Origin: an uncultured delta proteobacterium
GTDB lineage: Bacteria; Desulfobacterota; Syntrophia; Syntrophales; UBA2192
DNA: 64,000 bases
Assembly (NCBI GenBank): GCA_963705165.1
Contig: CAVPJD010000017.1
Location: 32,593 to 96,592 of the forward strand
Reading direction: 5' to 3'
Of the stretch, positions 48,048 through 57,251 are shown one piece after another; position 1 is the stretch's first letter, and every line of letters starts with the position of its first letter. The position numbers were made by a program, and so were the translations under genes. The notes beneath the pieces are model-generated. The model was not told the origin of the DNA and did not search any database. It saw only the letters and a list, made by a program, of their open reading frames with translations.

Positions 48048-48284
48048 TTGCTTACCTTCGGCCTGACCGTGTCGCTGATCGGAATGGGGGTCGTCTTCGT
48101 CGCCCTGGTCCTGCTCGTCTATATCATCCGGGCCATCAGCAGGCTCGCCGTCCTCTATGAAAAATCCTCCGCGCCTCCGAAGGTCGGGGCAGCGAAAGCT
48201 CCCGTCAGGGCCCCGGAAGAGGACGACGGGGAGATCCTCGCCGTCATCACCGCAGCGCTGGCGGCTCATACCCGCAAGCCTTGA
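48048..48284 (+). CDS. gcdD: Na+-translocating decarboxylase small membrane subunit (OadG/GcdD family)
   Basis: GMGVVF..L..L TM helix; EILAVITAALA. Confidence 0.8.
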   Translation: MLTFGLTVSLIGMGVVFVALVLLVYIIRAISRLAVLYEKSSAPPKVGAAKAPVRAPEEDDGEILAVITAALAAHTRKP

Positions 48285-48343
48285 GAAACCGCCAGGCGGG
48301 CCTGCGCGGTGCGATCGCACGATAACCAAAGGAGAAGCCCCTC

Positions 48344-48697
48344 ATGAAGAAATACCGTGTGCACGTAAACGGGAAGACCTATGACGTCGCCGTGGAGGAG
48401 ATCGGCGAGGTCGTCAGTGCGGCCGTGTCCTCCCCGCAGTCGGCCGCGCCACCTGCTCCCCCAGCTCAACCCATGCCGGCCGGTTCAGAAGTGATTGCTG
48501 CTCCCATGCCCGGAAAGATCCTTTCCATCAAGGTGAAGGCGGGCCAGGAGGTGAAGGAGGGGGACCTGATCCTGATGCTGGAGGCCATGAAGATGGAAAA
48601 CGAGATCTTCTGCGGCCGGGCGGGCAGGGTGCTGGAAATCAAGGTCGCCGAGGGGGCCTACGTCGACACGGGCGATGCGCTGGTGGTAATCGGCTGA
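48344..48697 (+). CDS. gcdC: Biotin carboxyl carrier subunit
   Basis: VNGKTYDV.VEE, Ala/Pro linker, APMPG, EAMKMENE. Confidence 0.88.
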   Translation: MKKYRVHVNGKTYDVAVEEIGEVVSAAVSSPQSAAPPAPPAQPMPAGSEVIAAPMPGKILSIKVKAGQEVKEGDLILMLEAMKMENEIFCGRAGRVLEIKVAEGAYVDTGDALVVIG

Positions 48698-48744
48698 CGG
48701 GGACAGCGCTCCGTTGAACGTCCCGGAAAGGGAAACAAGACGTT

Positions 48745-49917
48745 ATGGAAATCAACCTGATCCAGGCCCTTCGAGATCTGCTGTTAAGTACCGGGTTCGC
48801 CACGATCACCTACCAGCAGATCATCATGCTGGCCGTGTCCTTCGTGCTGCTGTATTTGGCGATCGTCAAGGGCTTCGAGCCTCTCTTGCTGATGCCCATC
48901 GCCTTCGGGATGCTCCTGGCCAACCTCCCCGCGGCGGGGATGATGGCACCCCCCACGGTGGAGATCGACGCGGTCACGGGCAGGGAGAAAACCGCCGTGG
49001 GCGGCCTGTTGTGGTACCTCTACCAGGGGGTGAAGCTCGGGATCTACCCGCCGCTGATCTTTCTGGGCGTCGGGGCCATGACCGACTTCGGCCCGCTCAT
49101 CGCCAACCCCAAGACACTGCTTCTGGGCGCCGCGGCCCAGTTGGGCATCTTCACCACCTTCATCGGGGCCCTCTACCTCGGCTTCAACCCGCAGGAGGCC
49201 TCCTCGATCGGCATCATCGGCGGGGCCGACGGCCCCACGGCCATCTTCCTCACCTCGAAGCTCGCCCCGCATCTGCTGGGGCCTATCGCCGTGGCCGCCT
49301 ACTCCTACATGGCCCTCGTGCCGATCATCCAGCCGCCTATCATGCGGCTGCTGACGACGAAAAAGATGCGCATGGTGGTCATGGACCAGCTGCGGCCCGT
49401 CTCGAAAACCGAGCGGATCGTCTTCCCCGTCGCCGTCACCGTGATCGTGTCGCTGCTGCTGCCCGATGCCGCCCCCCTGGTGGGCATGCTCATGCTGGGA
49501 AACATCTTCCGGGAGTCCGGCGTGGTGGGGCGGCTGAGCGACACCTCCCAGAACGCCATGATCAACATCGTCACCATCTTCCTGGGCACCACCGTAGGCG
49601 CCACAGCAAGCGCCGAGACCTTTCTCACCTACCAGACGATCTCCATCATCCTGCTGGGGCTTGCGGCCTTCGCCATCGGCACGGCCGGCGGGGTGCTTTT
49701 CGGCGTCGCGATGTACTACACCTCCGGCGGGAAGGTGAATCCGCTGATCGGATCGGCGGGCGTGTCAGCCGTGCCCATGGCAGCCCGTGTCTCCCAGGTG
49801 GTGGGGCAGCGCGACAACCCGCGAAACTTCCTTCTGATGCACGCCATGGGGCCCAATGTGGCCGGGGTCATCGGCTCGGCCGTCGCGGCCGGCGTGCTGC
49901 TGTCGTTGTTCAAGTAA
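48745..49917 (+). CDS. gcdB: Na+-translocating decarboxylase beta subunit (OadB/GcdB)
   Basis: [47 protein letters not shown]. Confidence 0.92.
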   Translation: MEINLIQALRDLLLSTGFATITYQQIIMLAVSFVLLYLAIVKGFEPLLLMPIAFGMLLANLPAAGMMAPPTVEIDAVTGREKTAVGGLLWYLYQGVKLGIYPPLIFLGVGAMTDFGPLIANPKTLLLGAAAQLGIFTTFIGALYLGFNPQEASSIGIIGGADGPTAIFLTSKLAPHLLGPIAVAAYSYMALVPIIQPPIMRLLTTKKMRMVVMDQLRPVSKTERIVFPVAVTVIVSLLLPDAAPLVGMLMLGNIFRESGVVGRLSDTSQNAMINIVTIFLGTTVGATASAETFLTYQTISIILLGLAAFAIGTAGGVLFGVAMYYTSGGKVNPLIGSAGVSAVPMAARVSQVVGQRDNPRNFLLMHAMGPNVAGVIGSAVAAGVLLSLFK

Positions 49918-50188
49918 CCGTGCGCCCCGTTCGGGAATCGCGCCGCGGTGAAGAGAAAAATCCGCCTTGCGATTTGCACTTTTCATCGCCCGGTGATTGT
50001 GCTAGTTTCTGGCGCCCGCATCCATACGCAAGCGGCGTTCTTTGCCCCGCGGATTGAAAGCGGGTGTTGTGCCGATTCGTTTCCTGAGCCCCTCCCGGGG
50101 GTGCGCCGGATACGCGTTTTTCGATCCTCAACCATCCGAACGAACAGGCCAAGCGGACGGAACGCGCAGGAGCGACAGAGAGGGAGAG

Positions 50189-50629
50189 ATGATCACACAG
50201 AATTTTCAGTGGAACTCGAAAGAGTTGAAGGTGGGCCGCTCGAAAACGGTCCAGAAGACCATCACGGAATCGGACACCCTGGCCTTCGGGCGGGGCGCCC
50301 TGACGGAGTTGCTGGCCACGCCGTCGCTGACGGCCCTCATGATCGAGGCCGCCATGTCGGCGGTGGACCCGGTGCTGCCGGAGGGCTATGTGACCGTGGG
50401 AAAATCATCGGCCGTCAGCTACCAGAACCCCACCATCATCGGAATGACCGTGACGGTGGTGGCATCGCTCGCGGAGATCGACAAGAACCGGCTCGTTTTC
50501 GAGATCACGGCCTTCGACGAACTGGGCCAGATTGCCAGCGGAAAGCACGAGCGGATCATTGTCGATGCCGCCTCGTTCATGGATAAAGCCCACAGGAGAT
50601 GCCACGCCGTAAAAAGCATCCTCAAATAG
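50189..50629 (+). CDS. FlK-like hot-dog fold thioesterase homolog
   Basis: LATP, TVG.....Y..PT..G..V, F.I.A.D....I..G.HER. Confidence 0.8.
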   Translation: MITQNFQWNSKELKVGRSKTVQKTITESDTLAFGRGALTELLATPSLTALMIEAAMSAVDPVLPEGYVTVGKSSAVSYQNPTIIGMTVTVVASLAEIDKNRLVFEITAFDELGQIASGKHERIIVDAASFMDKAHRRCHAVKSILK

Positions 50630-50635
50630 ACGGGT

Positions 50636-51925
50636 TCAGGACAACATGACGTCCCCCGCTGCGGGTCTTACTGCGCTTTCTCTCGTGAAGGCGTAGAGGA
50701 CCGCGCCAACCAGCATCGCCCCTGCACAAACGAGAAACATCGCGACGAAGGCTTCGTGACTCAGCATGGATGCGGGGTAGAGCGCCTTCATGAGAAGGCC
50801 CAGCCCCTGCATGAAGACGCCGGCCCCCACGATGGCAAAAAAGTTCAGTACCGTCAGGGCGGTCGCCGAGCGATCCGGCGGTGTGAGTTCCTTGAGGTGG
50901 GCGTAGGGGATGCTCCCGGTGCCGGCGAAAATGCCGAAGGCCGAAAAAAAGGCCCCCAGGAGCCAGAGCGGCGCATCGACGGGGACGAAGGCAAGTCCGG
51001 CCAGTGTGAGAGAAAGCCCCGCCAGGGCGACGACCATGATCCCCTTTCGTTTCCTTAAAATACGGTCTGACAGGAATCCGCTGACGGGGTTCCCGATGAC
51101 GACCCCCAGCGTGAGCAGAAAGAGCAGGTTGCCCGCCGCCACCGGAGAGAAGCCCATCACGTCCATCAGGTAGGGCCCCGCCCAGAGTCCCTGGACGGCC
51201 GCGAGGATCCCGTAGCGGATGAAGGCGGACCAGGAAATGAGCCAGACCTGGCGATCCCCCAGGGCAAGGCGAAGCCCCTGCAGCTGCTTCCTCCAGTCCG
51301 CACCGGTCGCAGCCGGCACGTCCCGGCTGCCTCCCCGCCTGTCCCGGAAAGCAAAAACAAAGGTCAATGTCACTGCCAGGTGAAAGAGTCCCACGAGCAG
51401 AAAGGTCGTGCGCCACCCCAGGGCCTGCGCCCAGAGAACGAGCGGTGTCGTGGCGACGACGATGCCCATGTTTCCTACGGATACGACAACGCCGGAGAGA
51501 GTTGCAAAGCGGTCCGGCGAGAACTGCAGGGAGATGATCTTCAGGGCGCCAATGAACCCGCAGGCCATGCCGGCCCCCATGAGAAGCCGGCCGAAAACCA
51601 TCACACCGGCCGACTCGGCCACGGCGAACAGGATCACCCCGGCGAGGGCCGAGAAATAGAAGGCCGCCATGACCTTTGCCGGGCTGAAACGATCCAGCAG
51701 GAGGCCCCCCGGGATCTGGAACAGGGCGTAGGTATAGAAGAAGGCCGCCGACACGAGACCCAGGGCACCCATGTCCATGGGGACATCCCGCATCAAATCC
51801 GTCGTCAGGACGGCGATGGAGGACCGGTAGAACATGGAGAGCCCGAAGAGAATCGACACGGCGGCAAAGAGAACCCCTCGGCAAAGAGGACCCGGCGCAT
51901 TCTGTTTTGCAAACGCATGGTTCAT
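50636..51925 (-). CDS. MFS transporter
   Basis: About 12 TM helices; YALFQIPGGLLLDRF, GRLLMGAG, GWR, GFLSDR. Confidence 0.92.
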   Translation of the reverse strand: MNHAFAKQNAPGPLCRGVLFAAVSILFGLSMFYRSSIAVLTTDLMRDVPMDMGALGLVSAAFFYTYALFQIPGGLLLDRFSPAKVMAAFYFSALAGVILFAVAESAGVMVFGRLLMGAGMACGFIGALKIISLQFSPDRFATLSGVVVSVGNMGIVVATTPLVLWAQALGWRTTFLLVGLFHLAVTLTFVFAFRDRRGGSRDVPAATGADWRKQLQGLRLALGDRQVWLISWSAFIRYGILAAVQGLWAGPYLMDVMGFSPVAAGNLLFLLTLGVVIGNPVSGFLSDRILRKRKGIMVVALAGLSLTLAGLAFVPVDAPLWLLGAFFSAFGIFAGTGSIPYAHLKELTPPDRSATALTVLNFFAIVGAGVFMQGLGLLMKALYPASMLSHEAFVAMFLVCAGAMLVGAVLYAFTRESAVRPAAGDVMLS

Positions 51926-52216
51926 GGGATTGTACCTGCCGGCCGCCTTGCGGTTAAAAAAACAGGGTCATGCCACATGGCGGAATATTATCCCGCAACT
52001 AGACAGACCCTGGACAAATCGTATACAAAACAAAAAGATAATACCAACCTTTATTTTCGCGACACAGGGGCTGACAGCAAGGTGCCGGGGACTGAATACA
52101 GGGTAAAGGGTTCAGGGTCAAGGGTCTCTCTCCCCTCTTTCAGTTTTCTCTTTTATCCTTCGAGTGATAGTGGAAAAATGACGAGTCATTGGGCCCGGCA
52201 TTGGAGAAGGAATTCG

Positions 52217-52330
52217 ATGAGACCCGAGGCAGCGTTTCCCGACCGAACCATCGACGTGAACGGCGTCCGTACGCGCTACCGGCAGGCGGGCCAGGATGGC
52301 CCCCCGTTGTCCTCATCCACGGCCTCGGCG
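52217..52330 (+). pseudogene. Truncated N-terminal fragment of an alpha/beta hydrolase
   Basis: MRPEAAFPDRTIDVNGVRTRYRQAG.DGPP/VVLIHGLG parallels the N-terminus of 53377-54255; similarity stops after HGLG. Confidence 0.7.
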
Positions 52331-52516
52331 ACATGGCGGCTCTCTCAAGTTTTTTCACTCGCGTCCGATAGAAAAGAATGGATGGATTTGCAAGCGATGT
52401 TGACCTTCGGGCTTTCTCATGGGTCGGACAGGTTGCTGTCCTGCGTGCGATGCCGGCTTGAGAGATACGCTCGCAGTCATTCGCGATCAGACAGACCTTT
52501 CAACAAGGAGGACGCG

Positions 52517-52888
52517 ATGAATGTTCAGAAGTTAAACCAGTGCGTGGAAAACCTGAAACGGGACCTGGGAGACGGCCTTCTCGCCACGAGTATTGTCTCC
52601 AACAGCGATGGGCTGGCAATCGCCTCCCACAACTCGAGCCCCAAGGCGGCGGCGATCTTCGCTTCCATCACAGAAAGCATCAGCAACGGGCTCGCCAAGG
52701 GTCCTTACCCGCCTCTGGGGAAATATTACATCCTTGACCTCTGTGATAACAAGATGCTGCTCTTCCTGCCCCTCGGCGATTACCAGTGGGGCATCGCCCT
52801 GGACTCGACCAAGGTCAAGCTGGGGCTTCTGCTGAATATCGTCCTGCCCGAGATGGTCAGTAACTTTGAAGCGGCGATGACGGAATAA
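52517..52888 (+). CDS. Roadblock/LC7 (MglB-like) domain protein
   Basis: AAGGAGG RBS; helix, SIV..SDGLAIA, helix, beta sheet, ending KLGLLL. Confidence 0.75.
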   Translation: MNVQKLNQCVENLKRDLGDGLLATSIVSNSDGLAIASHNSSPKAAAIFASITESISNGLAKGPYPPLGKYYILDLCDNKMLLFLPLGDYQWGIALDSTKVKLGLLLNIVLPEMVSNFEAAMTE

Positions 52889-52900
52889 CCGAGGTGACAG

Positions 52901-53107
52901 ATGGGAGAGGTCCTCAAGCAAATCTACGAAATCGTCGAAAGGAAGGCCGGGCTCAAGGCCCGGATTAAGCTCGTGGAGCGCACGGGAATATCGAAAGAAA
53001 AGGCCGCCCTCGTCGGCGAAGACGACGAGATGATCCGGGGCTTTAAGATGCTGGCGAGCGAACTGACGGGGATATCTCTCGACGATCACCTTCGCTACCC
53101 GAAATAA
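52901..53107 (+). CDS. Small helical hypothetical protein coupled to the roadblock gene
   Basis: GAGGTG RBS, 12 bp after the upstream stop. Confidence 0.75.
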   Translation: MGEVLKQIYEIVERKAGLKARIKLVERTGISKEKAALVGEDDEMIRGFKMLASELTGISLDDHLRYPK

Positions 53108-53376
53108 AGCCAGCCGGAAGACCAGCCAGAAGACAAGAGAAACGGCGGCCACCGATCCGGCACTCATCGGATCGGCACGGCAACCTTCAGCACACGTTGT
53201 CATCCTTGCAGAATGGACAGAAAAACCAGGGCGGCCTCGGCAGGGCCGCCCTGCTTCGCGTCCAGGGCCGGAGATTCCTGCGGCTCCATTTGCACAAGCT
53301 CCCTCCTGAAGACGGATATTTCCCCTTTCCTCTGCCACGGCGAAATGAGAGAATGATATCCATGGGTCTGGGGCAC

Positions 53377-54255
53377 ATGAGAGACTTTTCTGCCCTTCGC
53401 GACCGTTTTATCGAGGTCGGGGGCGCCAATACGAGATACCTGCAGCGGGGAGACGAGGGATCCCCCGTCGTGCTGATCCACGGCCTCGGCGCCTCGGCGG
53501 AAATCTGGTCGGCAAACATCGGTTCCCTGGCCACGCGACACCGGGTTTACGTCCCCGACCTGCCCGGTTTCGGCCGCACGGAAAAGCCCGAATGGATGGA
53601 CTACAGCCCCGGGGCCTATTCCCGGTTCCTGCTGGACTTCATGACGGCCCTGGGCATCGGACGGGCAGCTCTGGTGGGGCATTCCCTTGGAGGGGGTGTT
53701 GCTCTTCGCGCCATTCTCGATGACCCGGGACGTGTGGACAGGCTCATCCTGCTGAGCAGCGCCGGCCTCGGGCAGGACGTCAGCCTTCCCCTCCGTATCG
53801 CATCGCTTCCCTTCTTCGACCGGATTTTCTTCAAGCCGCCCCTGCCGGTCTTCACCCGCTTTCTCCATCGTCTCGTCTTCGACCCCGCCGCAATCACCGC
53901 CGATTTTGCGCGGCTCTACTACGAGATGTTCTTCCAGCCTGCCTCCGTGCGGGCCTTCACATCAATCCTGCGAACCATCGCCACGCTCCGGGGCGCGCGG
54001 CCCGGGGTCCTGGAGCTGATCCGGGCGGGGCTCGGCACAATCACCGCCCCCACGCTCATCCTCTGGGGGCGCCAGGACCGCATCCTGCCTGTAAGCCAGG
54101 CCCTCGATGCCGCGGGGAGGATTCCCGGGGCCCGCCTGCACGTCTTCGAGCGCTGCGGCCACATGCCGAACGTCGAGTACCCCGAAGAGTTCAACCGGAT
54201 CGTCCTGGATTTCCTCCAGGAGGATCGAGGACCGAGGCACGAGAAACGAGGATAA
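53377..54255 (+). CDS. Alpha/beta fold hydrolase
   Basis: LIHGLG, DLPGFG, GHSLGG nucleophile, WGRQD, CGHMP. Confidence 0.92.
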   Translation: MRDFSALRDRFIEVGGANTRYLQRGDEGSPVVLIHGLGASAEIWSANIGSLATRHRVYVPDLPGFGRTEKPEWMDYSPGAYSRFLLDFMTALGIGRAALVGHSLGGGVALRAILDDPGRVDRLILLSSAGLGQDVSLPLRIASLPFFDRIFFKPPLPVFTRFLHRLVFDPAAITADFARLYYEMFFQPASVRAFTSILRTIATLRGARPGVLELIRAGLGTITAPTLILWGRQDRILPVSQALDAAGRIPGARLHVFERCGHMPNVEYPEEFNRIVLDFLQEDRGPRHEKRG

Positions 54256-54339
54256 AAACAAGGATCGAAGAGCATCCTCTTCGATCCTTGTTGTTTCTTC
54301 CCTGTACCCTTGACCCTGTACCCTGACCCCTTTTTTCGC

Positions 54340-54966
54340 CTATCCCGTCGTCATCCAGCTCTCCACCATCTTGAGGTGTTTCTGGTTCTGCACGTCTAGG
54401 GCGCCGCTTGCGGCAAGGCCTGCGAGCTCGGCATACTTTCCGTTGTCTTTCGAGCAGCCCTCGACGATCTCCGCGTCGAGAAGCCCGTCATTGACACAGA
54501 CGCCGGCTGTGAAGGAAACGGAGGCGAGCTGGCCGGTGGCCCGGACGATCAGGTCCTTGAGCACATCGTTTCCGAAGCCGCCTTCCCGCAGGGCGATGCC
54601 CATGGCCTTTTCGACGATTTCGATCGTGTCGGCCATCGCGTCATCCAGCACGGAGCAGTTGGTCTTGATATACCGGAACCAGACGTGGAAGAGATAGAAC
54701 AGGGCGTCGGGCTCGCTGTCGAAGCAGAGCCATCCCCCGGCCGAGCGGCGGCCCTCGTCGAATCCCGATGACGTCTCGATCCGCATCACGAAGCTGTCTT
54801 TTTTCAGGCCCGCCTTCTCGACGCCGAAGCGTTTCAGCGAGGCCCGGGCGACCTCCACCACGTGATAGTCGGAGTTCCCCTTGAGTTTCTGGATCACTTC
54901 CAGCTCGATCTCGTCAGCGTGCTTTTTCCACTTGCGGTCCAGTTTGTTCTTTGTCAGCGCATCCAT
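54340..54966 (-). CDS. Hypothetical protein
   Basis: Clean ORF with host-like codon usage; upstream sigma54 site. Start inferred. Confidence 0.7.
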   Translation of the reverse strand: MDALTKNKLDRKWKKHADEIELEVIQKLKGNSDYHVVEVARASLKRFGVEKAGLKKDSFVMRIETSSGFDEGRRSAGGWLCFDSEPDALFYLFHVWFRYIKTNCSVLDDAMADTIEIVEKAMGIALREGGFGNDVLKDLIVRATGQLASVSFTAGVCVNDGLLDAEIVEGCSKDNGKYAELAGLAASGALDVQNQKHLKMVESWMTTG

Positions 54967-55049
54967 CGGGCACGTCTCTCGAATGAAATATTTTCGAAGT
55001 CCCCCGGGGTTCTTTCCGGGTAATTCGGCCTTCCTGCAGAAGGTGAATG

Positions 55050-55066
55050 AGCATGATTCATGCCAA
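55050..55066 (-). promoter_or_regulatory. Sigma54 promoter
   Basis: Minus strand TTGGCATGAATCATGCT (GG-N10-GC). Confidence 0.65.
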
Positions 55067-55369
55067 CGGAATGGGGCGCAGCCCCAGGTACGAGGACCGA
55101 GGCACGAGGAGCGAGGAAAGACAGGGTCCTGCTGCGTTGCAGGCCATTGAACGTACGGGACGGATTGGGCAGAGCAGAACGACCGATATAAGGAAGGGAT
55201 TTCCGGGACGGACATTTCGTTCCGTTTTGGCATCGTTGAAATCGTGACAGGGTGCCGGACATCCGTCCAAAAAAGGTGTCAGGTTACAGGTACTAAGGTG
55301 ACAGGAAGAAAAGGTCGGCAGACCTCGTGCCTCGATACCTCGTTACCTGAAGGTAACAGCTGTTGCCTG

Positions 55370-57239
55370 TTACCTGTTACCTGTGCCTTCAGCCCACAGC
55401 GCATCCCTCAGGCCGCTCGCCCGCTCGATCCTCCTCGACAGGGCTGCCCGGAGGGCCGCCTCGCCTGCCCACAGGTCGACGCGCTTGCGGGCCCGGGTCA
55501 CACCCGTGTACAGGAGCTCCCGGGTGAGCACGCGCGCATCGTTTTCGGGCAGCACGAGCAGCACGCGATCGAACTCCGTCCCCTGGCTCTTGTGGATCGT
55601 CATGGCAAAGACCGTCTCGTGCTCGGGCAGCCGGTAGGGATCGAACTTCCTCATCGCCCCGTCGGGGGCCGGGAAGAAGACCCGGAGGGCCCCGGCGGCC
55701 TCCGGGTCGGCCAGCGCGATGCCGATATCGCCGTTGAAGAGCCGCAGGCCGTAATCGTTGCGGGTCACCATGACGGGCCGCCCCTCGTACCAGAGCCGGC
55801 CTGGCAGGATGCGCCCCTCGCGGGCCAGGATTCCCTCGATGGCGGCATTCAGGGAGCCCGCGCCGTAAGGGCCGTCCCGCAGGGCGCAGAGGACACGGAA
55901 GCGGCTGAAGCTCTCGAAGATGGCCGCCGGCGTCTCTGCGGCCAGGTAATCCCCGCAGCCCGCAAGGACAATCTCCCTCAGGGCACGCGACAGCTCCCGG
56001 GGCCTCGGGATGCGTCTCCATCCGAGATCCCCATGCTCCTCTTCGCGCAGGATGAAGAGCGCCTCGTCTGCGCCCCCTTCCTTGATCTGCCGGGCAAGCG
56101 CGCCGATGCCGCTTTCGGCGCCGAAGCGGTAATTGTGCCTCAGTTCGACGATGCAGTCGCCGACGGGGGATCGGCACTCTCCCTGCGGCGTGAGCGGGAC
56201 GCTCTGGCCGCTTGCGGCTGCGATCGTCTCCACGAAAGCGTCTTGAATACTGCGGCTTGCGATCGGGGCCGCAGATATCGCCCAGAACGGCGCCCGCCTC
56301 GACGGAGGCGAGCTGGTCCCGGTCGCCGAGAAGGATGAGCCGCGCGCGCTGCAGGCAGGACCCTCACCAGGCTGTACAGGAGCTGCAGGGAGACCATGGA
56401 GGCCTCGTCGACGACGACGGCATCAAAGGGCAGCATCTCCTCTTCGCCCCGGGTAAAGCGGGCAAAGGAGGAGCGCGGACGGCGCCCCAGCAGGCGATGC
56501 AGGGTGGAGGCTTCCATGCCGGCGAGCTTTGCCCGGATGCCGTCTTCGCAGGCAAGCCTCCCGGCCGCCTCCCGGATGGCCTCCTGCAGCCGGGCGGCAG
56601 CCTTGCCCGTCGGGGCGGCAAGGGCGATCCGGATCGATCGGGCCTTCGCCTGTTCCGCCTGTTCCAGCGAGAAGGGCAAGGATTCCCGCCACCGTCGTCG
56701 TCTTCCCCGTGCCGGGGCCTCCCGTGATCACGCAGAGGCGCTTCAGGACGGCCGCGGCCGCCGCGACCCGCTGCCAGTCCGTCTCTCCGTTGCCGCCCGA
56801 AAAGAGCCTTCCAAGCCCTTCCCGGAGCCGCGCCATGTCGACCCCGGGGGCCGGGACCTGCGATCGCTCCCGCAGGAAGCGAACGAGGCTCTGCTCGGCA
56901 TCCCAGTGACGATAGAGATAGAGGCGGGTCCCGTCAAGAACGAGCGGCCGCCAATCGCCGGGGGCGCCGACGACGGCGCTTTTGCGCAGCGATCGCACCC
57001 ACGGCTCGAGATCGGGGCAGCGAAAGGCAGTCTCGCCTGCGGAAATCGAGCCGCCTGCAAAGCCGGGCCAGATCGAGGCAGATGTCCCCCTCGGCCGAGG
57101 CGCGGCTCGTAAGGGCGGCGGCAAGCGCGAGGGCCCCGTCCCCCGAACCGGCCAGGCGCGCCATCAGGCGTGCAAATCCCCAGTCGAGATCGGTAATTGC
57201 GCCTGCTGCATGGAGGCTGTCAACGAGTTCAGCGCTCAT
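55370..57239 (-). CDS. recD: Exodeoxyribonuclease V alpha subunit RecD; several frameshifts
   Basis: ITGGPGTGKTT, APTGKAA, TLHRLL, VDEASM, GLRLFNGDIG, AMTIHKSQG.EF, RELLYTGVTRA spread across frames. Confidence 0.93.
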
Positions 57240-57251
57240 ACATCACGATCC

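Noticed and set aside
51380..52888. 502-aa ORF read as one fusion protein
   Set aside because: Chance join of MFS antisense sequence, a hydrolase fragment and the real roadblock gene, which has its own RBS at 52517.
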